Part shown: piece after piece, positions 10,101-18,700 of the stretch
Layout of the letters: the number at the start of each line of letters is the position of its first letter
Position numbering within the stretch: position 1 is the first letter of the stretch
DNA from: an uncultured Erysipelotrichaceae bacterium
GTDB taxonomy: Bacteria; Bacillota_I; Bacilli_A; RFN20; CAG-826
NCBI GenBank assembly: GCA_902787955.1
Contig: CADAIJ010000010.1
Span: 1,942-65,941 of the forward strand
DNA: 64,000 bases
Direction: 5' to 3'
Program-made: the position numbers and the translations under genes
The notes under the pieces: generated by a model
Told to the model about the DNA's origin: nothing
Databases searched by the model: none
The model's input: only the letters and a program-made list of their open reading frames with translations

Positions 10101-10304
10101 TTTTGGTCTACCTGTTCCACGTTCAAAGTATGAACGGAGAGCAACTTGACCATAAAAACCTTCACGTTCCGCGTCTTTTTCAAAAATAGCAATCGCAAAA
10201 GGTGCTACTAAAGCAAGTAAAGAAGTAGCAATTGAAGCGACGAAAGTGATTATAAAAGCTTTTGATTTAAGTAATTCAGTTTTTCTTTTATTCATTTTCG
10301 TCAC
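7161..10304 (-). CDS. large secreted or surface protein, hypothetical (N-terminal signal anchor with an A-x-A-x-F motif)
   Basis: 1047 aa. Basic n-region, long hydrophobic segment ...LVAPFAIAIFEKD. No recognisable enzymatic motifs. Translationally coupled to the upstream gene by a 17-nt overlap. Confidence 0.5.
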   Translation of the reverse strand: MTKMNKRKTELLKSKAFIITFVASIATSLLALVAPFAIAIFEKDAEREGFYGQVALRSYFERGTGRPKGTNGIDDPGDPYVITRPRHMYNLSRLQGLGVFNEPTFFQLGLVGLAGDDSGKPLCYLNDSTSETVPFLDMTSSTYTYEPINAIGSEAVPFYGEFDGQGLEIKNLEVFADPEDAGLFGYTAHGSIVHDLFLSNITINALGYTSSYADLYGNSQVAAVGTAFTYECGEDEDTFTKSDTEKVKELYFDASAYFAWDGEGDAPAIPEDYPVIGFTSTNSNYKYKMLISGDFLTENGENEVRLDLPTIYQFFKEQKADLEADDYPLNASSSVSLIASTTDNYGLDHSKVIASLDFDISLPEADSGVLTLNVILGGEHTNNIGFVIGHCDGSLDHCYVNNGEFKMNNGNAVTGNTYYTLPNGSNTGLIGMIGGTVHNVNANETDGATDIGKSIGVLDFSTVYDDVITPTSFSGSTPFEDGVTYVPSTSEKYKRFLRVNSSGKYITQQANTVSFNRQKVISNTDLGIFTIATDYYGTGMYDDATNGLNVSTVLKENTAVNSKYYVYYATGEYDSTKGITFDKYRDSFNTNNPSTFHLGYHLPGVDEMTSESFEERDRYQNYFFRFQIDHNYRAGKGFYFSDIDKTTVGGSFLSKYFENKLVDQNGYKILASANSKRSGIMLRDSLGREIRKLESSFATPDYSYLSNASEASRPKMIAVSNATYDDPASNMVNFEIKTPLANVTVVAGLADRSKPAALGVYRLDNAETGTVDGNKYYKKPFESPDYAFFMPVDDHLAYFDYVVDGLGKGRIGTYDKNGTWSEADVHTDATVPNTYASDDAVGTSYSQVTEYGYDKEHPTTRLYAHTFKLPRGRYCLGSATGTHRDGGLEGTAKIYYVCAQGQTDGQLDFSSNIFASADEVKNYDFTRVERYTYNPETHVTTTNITMDDAPRYDPATNYIECKRIYVLLANRDRSLFTDATSNIRFYFDPLDNKFKITTDTLGAMEHVAVSNYAINHALTDIYNTTVVLFSGDGVTTTPIVYPAPETP

Positions 10305-11832
10305 CTCCTTCTTTATAGATTGGAGATGGAGATGGTTCTAATCTTTGAGTTGCGGTAAAGTAGAAACCAAAATCACGGTCAAGATAATATGTTTTGCCTA
10401 AACGTTCTTGGTTAACGAAGAAATTTGTATAAGCGTAATCATAATCAATAGCGATATAGATATGGTATGTGCTTTCTTCAAGTGAACCAGGAATAATTGT
10501 AGAGTCTGACATTGTTTTACCTTTGACATTCATTTGGATTTCACGGTCAAAGGTAGTGTTATTTTGATATTTTTGATAGATATATTGAGCGTCTTCTTGT
10601 TGGTCAGTTTTTAAAGCATGGAAAGCTTCCCAAGCGAAAGTAGGCGATGCATATTTATTCTCTTCCTTAGCAATTACGGAATAGAAAGTATAGAAATCAC
10701 TAGCGTTTAATGGATTACGATGTTCATCATCTTGATAGCCACGATATGTATAAGCATCAGTTGTGTTATATTTTCCAGTAAAGCTATAAATAGATTGAGC
10801 AGAAACTCCTTCACGCATAATTTTTAAACCCGCATCAATATCGATTTTGTTTTGATATTTAACTTCAACATCTAAAACCACCATTGTGTTTTGTTCTTGG
10901 ATAGCGGTTGAAAGATAATCGGTAATTTCTGGGTATTCTTCTTTATCAACAGAACCGCGATAATCAATTGAAATCTTGGTTGGATCGATGAGGTTTGAAC
11001 CGATAATTGCGTTATCACCTCTAGCGGTTAAATTGATATCTAAGAACTTATCTCCAGAAGAATTGATGCGATATCTTATGGTATAAATGCCGCTTTCTAA
11101 ACATTTGATACGATTATTATCTATAATAGCAAAACGAGAATTCTTACTTGTTTCTGGAACTGGTGTCCCATAAGTAAAGTAAGAGCAAGTTGTGTTTAAA
11201 TTATTAACAGTTCTAACATCGAAAAGGATAAATTCAGAACCTTGTGATAAAACGACATTTTTAACAATCGCGGTTTGATCATCAGTTGGATCATCAGTCG
11301 CTACAGGAATATCACGTCTAGAAAATGCGGTAGCGGTTAATGTTGACCAAGGATTATTAGTAACTCCATTAAAAGTACTATTTCCGATGAGATAATATTT
11401 AAAGTCTTGCGATCTTTCAAAACTAATATTTGTTGAGGTTTTTTCTCCACCACCGTTACATGTTTGCCCTTCAAGTACAGTGAGAGGAATGGTAACTGTA
11501 TCGCTTAAGTTTTCAGGAATTTCAATTGAAGAATCCTTAACAACATAACTTTTAACAACACCGTCTCCTTCATAATCAATAAAGTCAGCGGAGTTATTGT
11601 AATATGGGTAAACATATTTATAGGCTGAGACTTTGTTAATGTTGATATCTAAGTCTCCAGAGAATGTGTTGATTGATGATTTTGTATTAGCGTTTGCCAC
11701 AAACCAGGCAAAAGTAATGGAGGATAAAGCGAAAAGATTTCCAATCGTTAGAGCGGCCAAAGCAGCAATCACTCTATTTTTCTTGGAACTAAGTAACTTT
11801 TCTTTTAGTAACTTAATCTTACTTTCCTTCAT
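10288..11832 (-). CDS. SipW-cognate secreted protein, TasA/camelysin-like
   Basis: N-terminus KKNRVIAALAALTIGNLFALSSITFAWFVANAN resembles the TasA GGGTWAAFND / camelysin GGGTFAYFSD class. C-terminus FGFYFTATQ matches the TasA C-terminal ..LQFSFEATQW strand. Confidence 0.55.
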   Translation of the reverse strand: MKESKIKLLKEKLLSSKKNRVIAALAALTIGNLFALSSITFAWFVANANTKSSINTFSGDLDININKVSAYKYVYPYYNNSADFIDYEGDGVVKSYVVKDSSIEIPENLSDTVTIPLTVLEGQTCNGGGEKTSTNISFERSQDFKYYLIGNSTFNGVTNNPWSTLTATAFSRRDIPVATDDPTDDQTAIVKNVVLSQGSEFILFDVRTVNNLNTTCSYFTYGTPVPETSKNSRFAIIDNNRIKCLESGIYTIRYRINSSGDKFLDINLTARGDNAIIGSNLIDPTKISIDYRGSVDKEEYPEITDYLSTAIQEQNTMVVLDVEVKYQNKIDIDAGLKIMREGVSAQSIYSFTGKYNTTDAYTYRGYQDDEHRNPLNASDFYTFYSVIAKEENKYASPTFAWEAFHALKTDQQEDAQYIYQKYQNNTTFDREIQMNVKGKTMSDSTIIPGSLEESTYHIYIAIDYDYAYTNFFVNQERLGKTYYLDRDFGFYFTATQRLEPSPSPIYKEGGDENE

Positions 11833-11837
11833 AATTC

Positions 11838-12716
11838 TTACGCTAATTCGAAATCTAATTTATCGAAGAATAACCTTTCGTAACAGTTGCTATTTCCGTA
11901 ATCATCTTGTGTATAGTAGCCAGTTTCCTCATCATAGCTATAGTGAGTGCTCACATCGTTAGAGAATTCTAAAGTGAAATAGATAATTACACGGTGACCG
12001 CTTTCCTTTTCTGGCATATCACCGCTTTCGATAATATCAATCACAGGTTTTGAAGAAGTTGGAGCAAGCGATTCTTCGGAATATTCAAATACATCTTCTA
12101 AAGTATCGTCGGCATAATATGTTCTAAAACCAGTTGCAACATCATTAGCGATTGCTTCGTTAGTATCTCCGGTGCTTGTCACACTGTAGGCGGCACCATA
12201 AATATCAATAGCCCAAGATAATCTAACAAATTGACTAACGCTTGTTTTAGCGGCGTCATCCGCTTCATGTCCTTCATTTTCACCCCAATCAGAAATGGAG
12301 AATTTTTCAACTTCACTAGATGTAATAACAACAGCAAATGTTAATTTATGAGCAGGCCATAAATGAGTAATATTAGTTGGGTTTGGATCATTTATAACAT
12401 GACCATCAGAATAATTTATTTTAGTAAATGTGGCGTCTTCGTAAGCAACTTCATAACCAGAGAAGCTTTCAATAGTAGGATTATAATTGCCTAATTTAGT
12501 ATTTCCTTCTCCATCATCAAATTCGCTTAAATAATAAAGGTCAAAGCCAATAGCTTCTGGGCCAACAACAGTAAAATTACCGGCGGTCGTATTAAACATA
12601 TTTAATGACTCAAACCAGGCAAAAGTCGCACTAAAAGTGGTCGCTAGTGTGAAAATAGTGATTAATGTAGCGATTGCAATCCTAACTTTAGGTTTTTTGA
12701 AGAAGTCACTTGCCAT
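11838..12716 (-). CDS. SipW-cognate secreted protein, TasA/camelysin-like
   Basis: Start at ATG 12716 (MASDFFKKPKVRIAIATLITIFTLATTFSATFAWFESLN). The longer ORF-track N-terminus is just translated riboswitch sequence. C-terminal IIYFTLEFSN motif. Confidence 0.55.
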   Translation of the reverse strand: MASDFFKKPKVRIAIATLITIFTLATTFSATFAWFESLNMFNTTAGNFTVVGPEAIGFDLYYLSEFDDGEGNTKLGNYNPTIESFSGYEVAYEDATFTKINYSDGHVINDPNPTNITHLWPAHKLTFAVVITSSEVEKFSISDWGENEGHEADDAAKTSVSQFVRLSWAIDIYGAAYSVTSTGDTNEAIANDVATGFRTYYADDTLEDVFEYSEESLAPTSSKPVIDIIESGDMPEKESGHRVIIYFTLEFSNDVSTHYSYDEETGYYTQDDYGNSNCYERLFFDKLDFELA

Positions 12717-12744
12717 TAAATAAAAATCCCAGTCACCTATAGTT

Positions 12745-12812
12745 GGCAACTGGCTGTCTTCTCTTATAAAGACCCTATAGCTTTGCGTCACCACATTACT
12801 GTGGTTTTGCTT
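12745..12812 (-). promoter_or_regulatory. c-di-GMP-I (GEMM) riboswitch aptamer
   Basis: Minus-strand RNA: GCAAAACC-ACAGUAAUGUGG-UGACGCAAAGCUAUAGGGUCUUUAUAAGAGAAGACAGCCAGUUGCC. Aligns element by element with the riboswitch at 186-262. Confidence 0.8.
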
Positions 12813-12819
12813 TTGTCTA

Positions 12820-12853
12820 TTTTTAGTTTTACTACTACAAAAAAAGAGTGTCA
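12820..12853 (-). promoter_or_regulatory. promoter TTGACA-N16-TAAAAC for the riboswitch-2 operon
   Basis: Perfect -35 TTGACA (rc of 12848-12853), weak -10. The transcript would begin a few nt upstream of the aptamer. Confidence 0.4.
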
Positions 12854-12878
12854 ATATTTTTTTATTTATATAAAAATC

Positions 12879-14984
12879 TTAATATACGTTGATGGAAATA
12901 ATTTGGCTAATAGAAGTAATGATTAATTCAAATGTTTTTTCGTCTTTTAGCCATGTTAAAGTGTATCCATATTCATCTTCGATTTTTGAAGAATATTCTC
13001 TTAAGACTTCTTTAAAGCAGTTCTCAACAACTACATATGTTTCATCACTAAAAGTTTCGGAATAAAAACCAAAATTTACTGCGCTTCCATCTCTTTCAAA
13101 TGATGACGACATTAAGGAAACATCCTCGAAAACTGGAATATTTGTTCCAAAGAGATAATTAAATGCGTATGTTGATTGTTCATAATCAAGATCAATTGAT
13201 TCTTGCATTAAAATGTTGATTGTAAACATATCGCTTTCAAGTGTATAAATTAACTCTAATTCATCTAAGAAAACCGAGGTGTATTTATAGCATAATGAAT
13301 CGTCATCTTTTGTGTATTGTTCTTTGCTCCAAGAAGTTAACTCATTATCTAAAAATTCATAAATTGTATCAAAAGTTTGACTTGATAAATTATCCCCTCC
13401 AATAACTTTGAATGAATATTGGGTATCACCTTCAGTATAAGGATAATCATCAACCTCAATTCCTTCTAACGCTGGAAGAAGTATATTGCTAACCAAATAG
13501 AATTCATCGCGAGCTTTCTTATATGATTCAGTCATATTTACTGGAGAATATTCAAATTTCCCATATATAGTCTCGTCTTTTTGGGAAACTAAGTATGTCA
13601 TTGGGCTTGAAGTTGAGACTTCTTCGTCGTTTATATACCAGCCTTTAAATTCATAATCTTGATTTGGATATGCGTTAAATTGAAGTGTCTCACCATCAAG
13701 AATTGCAATAGTGTTGTCGCTAATGAGATCACCATGATATCGCATAGAAACACTACCATTATCATCGCTCAATAAAGTTATAGTTCTATATTCATTTATG
13801 CTACCTAAAATGCTAATTACCTTATCGTTAATAGATAATACGAATGTTGCAAAATATTTTTTATCTGATTCTTCAAAATCATATTCCCACTTAACTTGGG
13901 TATCTTCTTTTAGAATTGGATCAGAACTTATATAAAGACTAAGATAGGTCAAAACATCATTAAATAGTGTTTCATCACCATTAAAGCAAATTTGCGCTAC
14001 ATGTTTATCGTAATCAAAATATGAACTATCAAGAATCTCAACACCATAAAGTTCCATCAGCAATAAACCGGTTATTTCATGGAACTTATTTCTACCTTCT
14101 TTATATGATTCGCTCATTTCTTGAGTAGAAGTAGGCTTAGTCTCAATTTGAATAGTTTTATCAAAGTGAGTTATATATTCACGGTTTAATAGCGTCCATT
14201 TAGCGGTTCTTCCATTCTCACTAGTTTCATCTCCTGTTGGATAACCTTCATCGCAATCGCCAATTAATTCTTTAAAGAAATTCTCAAATATTAAATAAGT
14301 GTCATAATTTAGTTTAGAGCCAAAAATAAGGGAGATTATATATTCTTTTTGACCCGGAACATATTTAGCAATATACATCTCGTCTGCTTTGACATCATAG
14401 ACAATTGGTAGTTCAATTCCAGTTACTTCTTTGAACTGTTCCCTACTTGTCACGTATGATTCATATAACACAGGATCTATTTTTCTTTGAGCTGTGTTAA
14501 TTGCAATCGTCTTAATAGAAGCATCCCAAAATGTTTGATACCACCTATCGTTTCTAGTCCATTCAGCGTATCTATTATTTTCTTCATGAGTGGTTTTATC
14601 GCTTTTATCTGGTTCGCCAAATAACTCGATAAAATAGTCTTCAAACACAAAATAATTTTGGTATTTAAGGTTCTTCCCACTTATGATTTTAAAACAATAT
14701 GTAGTGTCACCCTCTTTATAAGAGTAAGGCTCAACTTCCATATCGCTAAATATTGGTAGCTCCACACGTGTAACTTCATTAAATTCATCTCTCGCTTTAG
14801 CGTAACTCTCAGTCATAACAATTTCTTCTGATGTTGATTCGCTTGTAGTTTCACTACTAGAAGAAGATGAACTTGATGAATTACTTGGGTTAGGATTATT
14901 TCCGCAGCTAGATATAACAAAAGAGGCTATAGTTATTAAGCCAGTCATTAATAATTTTTTCTTTTGTTTTAATGCCATAACCAT
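12879..14984 (-). CDS. lipoprotein with four internal ~90-aa repeats, hypothetical
   Basis: Signal peptide + lipobox (LITIASFVISSC), poly-Ser linker, four repeats starting MTESYAKARDEF / LYESYVTSREQF / MSESYKEGRNKF / MTESYKKARDEF. Confidence 0.55.
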   Translation of the reverse strand: MVMALKQKKKLLMTGLITIASFVISSCGNNPNPSNSSSSSSSSSETTSESTSEEIVMTESYAKARDEFNEVTRVELPIFSDMEVEPYSYKEGDTTYCFKIISGKNLKYQNYFVFEDYFIELFGEPDKSDKTTHEENNRYAEWTRNDRWYQTFWDASIKTIAINTAQRKIDPVLYESYVTSREQFKEVTGIELPIVYDVKADEMYIAKYVPGQKEYIISLIFGSKLNYDTYLIFENFFKELIGDCDEGYPTGDETSENGRTAKWTLLNREYITHFDKTIQIETKPTSTQEMSESYKEGRNKFHEITGLLLMELYGVEILDSSYFDYDKHVAQICFNGDETLFNDVLTYLSLYISSDPILKEDTQVKWEYDFEESDKKYFATFVLSINDKVISILGSINEYRTITLLSDDNGSVSMRYHGDLISDNTIAILDGETLQFNAYPNQDYEFKGWYINDEEVSTSSPMTYLVSQKDETIYGKFEYSPVNMTESYKKARDEFYLVSNILLPALEGIEVDDYPYTEGDTQYSFKVIGGDNLSSQTFDTIYEFLDNELTSWSKEQYTKDDDSLCYKYTSVFLDELELIYTLESDMFTINILMQESIDLDYEQSTYAFNYLFGTNIPVFEDVSLMSSSFERDGSAVNFGFYSETFSDETYVVVENCFKEVLREYSSKIEDEYGYTLTWLKDEKTFELIITSISQIISINVY

Positions 14985-15046
14985 ATATGCAACCTTTGTA
15001 TTAATAATATTATATTATTTACTGAGAAAAACGATTAAAAAGAATA

Positions 15047-15066
15047 AAATTGGGGCCCCAATAAAG
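15047..15066 (-). terminator. GC-rich perfect palindrome TTGGGGCCCCAA followed by a U-run on the minus strand
   Basis: 12-bp perfect palindrome in an AT-rich intergenic region. On the minus strand it is followed by UUUUAUUCUUUUU. Could also be a protein-binding site. Confidence 0.35.
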
Positions 15067-15103
15067 GTATCCTAAGCTACCTCTATCAGGAATCTTCACG
15101 TTC

Positions 15104-15180
15104 TTGCCACATCTCAGTTGATATTATATAATGTAGTCAAGTTGTTGGAGGATTCGCGCTTAGGCACGAACCTTTTTTTA
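15104..15180 (+). ncRNA. putative ~45-nt small RNA unit A: near-consensus promoter + hairpin + U7
   Basis: TTGCCA (15104-15109), 17-nt spacer, TATAAT (15127-15132). Hairpin UUCGCGC-UUAG-GCACGAA then UUUUUUU (15173-15179). Convergent with small ORF 15193-15324 and downstream of it. Confidence 0.3.
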
Positions 15181-15192
15181 TCACTTAGGGGA

Positions 15193-15324
15193 CTAGCCCT
15201 TAAGCGCCAACAAGGCAACAAGAATCAATCCGAAGAGAATGATTCCAACCAGTGGTTCCACTAGATTTCTCCTTTCGAGATGTTTGGTAAGAAGTAGTGA
15301 AGATGATAATAAAATGGTAACCAT
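15193..15324 (-). CDS. small hydrophobic peptide (43 aa; alternative internal GTG start gives 22 aa)
   Basis: MVTILLSSSLLLTKHLERRNLVEPLVGIILFGLILVALLALKG. GGAGGA SD 7 nt upstream of ATG. An internal AAAGGAG + GTG would give VEPLVGIILFGLILVALLALKG, a paralog of the peptide at 15486-15554. Confidence 0.3.
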   Translation of the reverse strand: MVTILLSSSLLLTKHLERRNLVEPLVGIILFGLILVALLALKG

Positions 15325-15399
15325 CGTATTATCCTCCATCACTAAGAGTTCCTAGAAGATTTTTCCTGAGCAAAACCAACTAGGACACCCCTCACCCTA

Positions 15400-15475
15400 T
15401 TGCTATTTCAAGCTCGATATCGTAAAATATTATTGTTATTGAGGTGAACGGTGCTCAGGCGCCGTCCATTTTTAA
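15400..15475 (+). ncRNA. putative ~45-nt small RNA unit B: promoter + hairpin + U5
   Basis: TTGCTA (15400-15405), 17-nt spacer, TAAAAT (15423-15428). Hairpin ACGGUGC-UCAG-GCGCCGU then UUUUU. Similar in sequence to unit A (GUUGUUGGAGGAUUCGCGC vs GUUAUUGAGGUGAACGGUGC). Confidence 0.3.
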
Positions 15476-15485
15476 TAAGAGAGTG

Positions 15486-15554
15486 TTAGTCTCTTAAGAC
15501 CAAAATAGCCAATATTATCAAAGCTAATGCAATGATAAAGGCGAAGTCGCCCAT
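15486..15554 (-). CDS. small hydrophobic peptide (22 aa)
   Basis: MGDFAFIIALALIILAILVLRD. Excellent SD GAAAGGAGAGG 8 nt upstream of the ATG. An overlapping upstream 31-aa ORF (MVIIRKSPRYPCYSLSERRGNIWATSPLSLH) also has an AGGAGGA SD. Confidence 0.35.
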   Translation of the reverse strand: MGDFAFIIALALIILAILVLRD

Positions 15555-15744
15555 ATATTACCTCTCCTTTCTGAAAGGGAGTAACAGGGATATCGGGGCG
15601 ATTTTCTTATGATTACCATAAAAAAATCCTCCTACTATTAAATAGGGGTAAAAATATACTAAACGTTAAAAGTTTGGGAAATTTTGTCTCAAAGAGGGGA
15701 CTTCCTATATATTTATCCATCAAAAAATTTTTACATTGGACGAT

Positions 15745-15768
15745 AAAAAAGCCACCCTTACGGATGGC
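15745..15768 (-). terminator. intrinsic terminator ending the riboswitch-3 operon
   Basis: Minus-strand hairpin GCCAUCC-GUAA-GGGUGGC followed by UUUUUU, immediately after the stop of gene 15797-18883. Confidence 0.7.
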
Positions 15769-15796
15769 GATAAGTAGATAGGTTTTAAACTCTCCA

Positions 15797-18700
15797 CTAT
15801 TTGTTTTGTCTAAGGGCTTCGATAAATGTTGATTTATCAAGTGGCTTATAGAAGTGATAACCTTGTAAGGCGATATCTTTAGAAATATCTCTAAGTAAGG
15901 CGTATTGATCACTATTTTCAACACCAACGAGGGCGACTTTAACACCGCGAGATAAGGCGACATCAGCGAGGTCTTTAATGGTTTGATATTTATTCTTATC
16001 TGTATCGATACCATTAACGAGATAACGGCCAATCTTAATCTCACTAAAGCCAAGTTCTTTTAAGACATCAACAGAGAGGAATGAACCACTGTATTGGTCA
16101 CAAATAAGAGCAATTCTTTGATGCAAGGATTTAGATAGTTTCTTAAATTCGTCTAAGTGGTCAAAGACTTCTTTTTCCGTAATTTCAAAACCCAGGAATT
16201 CTTTTGGGAAGTGATAGGTATTAATTAAGGAATAGATTGTTTCAAAGAAGTTTGGATCAGAGAAATAAGAGAAGTCGGTGTTAATAGTTAAACGATGGAA
16301 ACCATAAACCTTAAACGCGGTTAAACCAAATTGTTGATATAAATTACCAATATATTCAATTAAGGCGTTAGAAATAAGGGAGATCTTACCATTTTCCGCG
16401 GCAACCTTAACAAGTTCATCAGCGTTAAAGACAATCTTTCGATAATCATCAGCGATACGTAAGAGTAACTCAGCACCAAAGATGGCTTTGGTTCCTGCTT
16501 TAACCATTGGTTGAAGTAAGACAGAGAAGGTCTTATTACCAAATTGATCATCGATAACAGAGAGCATAAATCTCTTACGAGAGGCACTTCTAGAGTAATC
16601 ACTATCAGCGAAGTAGATGAAGTCTTTATTAGAAGCGTAGTTACCGCTATCTTTGAATTTCCAAGCAAACTTAATAAATTCTTCCGCTGTAGAGTAGCCC
16701 ATTGGATATGGGATTGGTAAATAAGTGATATTAAAGCTATTATGAGTTTCGTTATAGATATAATCTTCTTTAGAAGCTTCATAAATAGATTCAATAATAT
16801 TAACGACGTTAGCTTGACCAACTTCAGGAAGTAGGATAGCCACTGTATAGTTAGAGAAATGGAAGATATTATCTCTTCTAATGCCTTTCTCTTTAAGTCT
16901 TTGTAAGAAGCCTCTTTCTAAGAAGAGAGCGCCTTCGCTACCATATTTAGTTATTAATTCTTCTAAGTTATCAATATTAAGAAGTAATAAATATCCATGG
17001 GAGTTAACTTTATAGTAGTTACCCATTGAAATAACTAATGAAAGATAAGAGTTAATAAGTAAGTCACGGTCAAAACGATCTTCCACCGCTTCATTATTTT
17101 CAAGTAAACGAATGAACATTCTTCTTAAATAAGTGTTCTTAACGTTAACGGATAGAGATGTTTCGATACGTGAACCACTTTCGATTTCACTAACTTTCTT
17201 CTTTTCAGTTAGAATTGGACAATCTTTACATGGTGCATCTAAACCATATAAAACTTTGTAGCACTTCTCGCCCCACTTAATATTTGGGAATAAAGTAGGC
17301 ATATGTTGAGAGAAAGATGTTAGTTCATAAGATTCTGGGTTAACTCTATATAACGCGGTATTAGACGCTTGCAAGGTGGAGTTAATCTCTAAGAATGTTT
17401 CACTAAAGGTCATCTCTCTTTGGATATTTAAGATATATTCGCCTAAACGAGAAGTAACAACATATAAAGCTTCTCTAATATATGAATTGATACGGAGTTC
17501 ACGGCCATTTTCATTAAAGAAATAACACATACCCATGAGTTTTCCGCGGTCTAAAATCATATTATAGAAGCCACTTGTGATATTAATTTTGTCTAAGATT
17601 CTCGCTAAAGAAGGGTTAGTGTGCTTTCTTGTGGAGAAATAATATGAACCATCTTCTTCACGAACTTCACTAAAGACTTTTAGAATTTCATATTCAACGA
17701 TTTTGCCACGGTCAAAGTAGGTATTATTACCGTTTTCAACATGGATTATAGAATCATAACCTCTATGTCTATTTGAAATCGAAACAATACCAGCGCAGTC
17801 GATATTTAAGTGTTTAGCGAGTAATTTAAAGGTTGTTTCAATCTTCTCTAAGTTACTTTCATGATCCGCGACACTTAATGGCAAATCATGAAGACATTTT
17901 AAAATCTTAGTCATGACATTAAGTGACATTGAAGATTGAAGTATCTTTGAATTAGCGGTGTCAGAAAGACGATTTGGAATATAGAAGTTAATGACTTTAC
18001 CTTGACGTTTTGCGTATCGAAGGTCACTAAAGATTTCATTAACATCACTATATGGATAAGCGACTAAAGAGAATCTAGCGGGAATAGTAACTAAGCCATC
18101 ATATGTTTTCTTTGAGATGGATAAAGTTTTCATTAATGTGAAGAGTTGTTCATGAAGACAAGAAAGGGTATCAAAGTTTGGTAAATAAACATATATTCCC
18201 TTCTTTTCATCATCATTAATGATATAAAGGACATTTTCATATTCCTTAAATAAACTGATTGCATAAGAAATAACACGGTTAGTTTCTTCCTTAGTTAAGG
18301 TATCATGATCCATTTGATAATAGATTTCGATAACCGCGTTTCTAAAAGCCTGCGCAGAATTAATGATCGGAACTAAGTTTTCTTTAAATGATTCTAAGGA
18401 AACAATGTTTCTTTCTTTATCTAAGAAATCTAGTGGGATATTTTTATAACCATTAGAGAAATTAAGGAATTCAGTATCGTGAAGTTGAACTTTTAATTCA
18501 TCAATCGCTTTATTTAGTTCATCTACTTCATTAATTGATACAAAGTTAGAAGTGTATTTTTCAAGACTTTTAGAGGAATTAGTTAAGTTCTTATAGTTTT
18601 CTTTAGTGACGGAATAGATTCCACGATAGAAAACTTCAAGAGCGATTTTCACTCCAAAATAGACTGTTAAGCCGAACAAAACAAATAAAACCGAAATAAC

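Noticed and set aside
11838-12854. Longer N-terminal extension of the TasA-like ORF up to 12854
   Set aside because: The extra 46 codons are simply the translated GEMM riboswitch. The real start is ATG 12716, followed by a canonical signal peptide.
15613-16053. ORF 15613-16053 (146 aa, minus strand)
   Set aside because: Runs from intergenic DNA across the terminator into the 3' end of gene 15797-18883 in another frame. Spurious.
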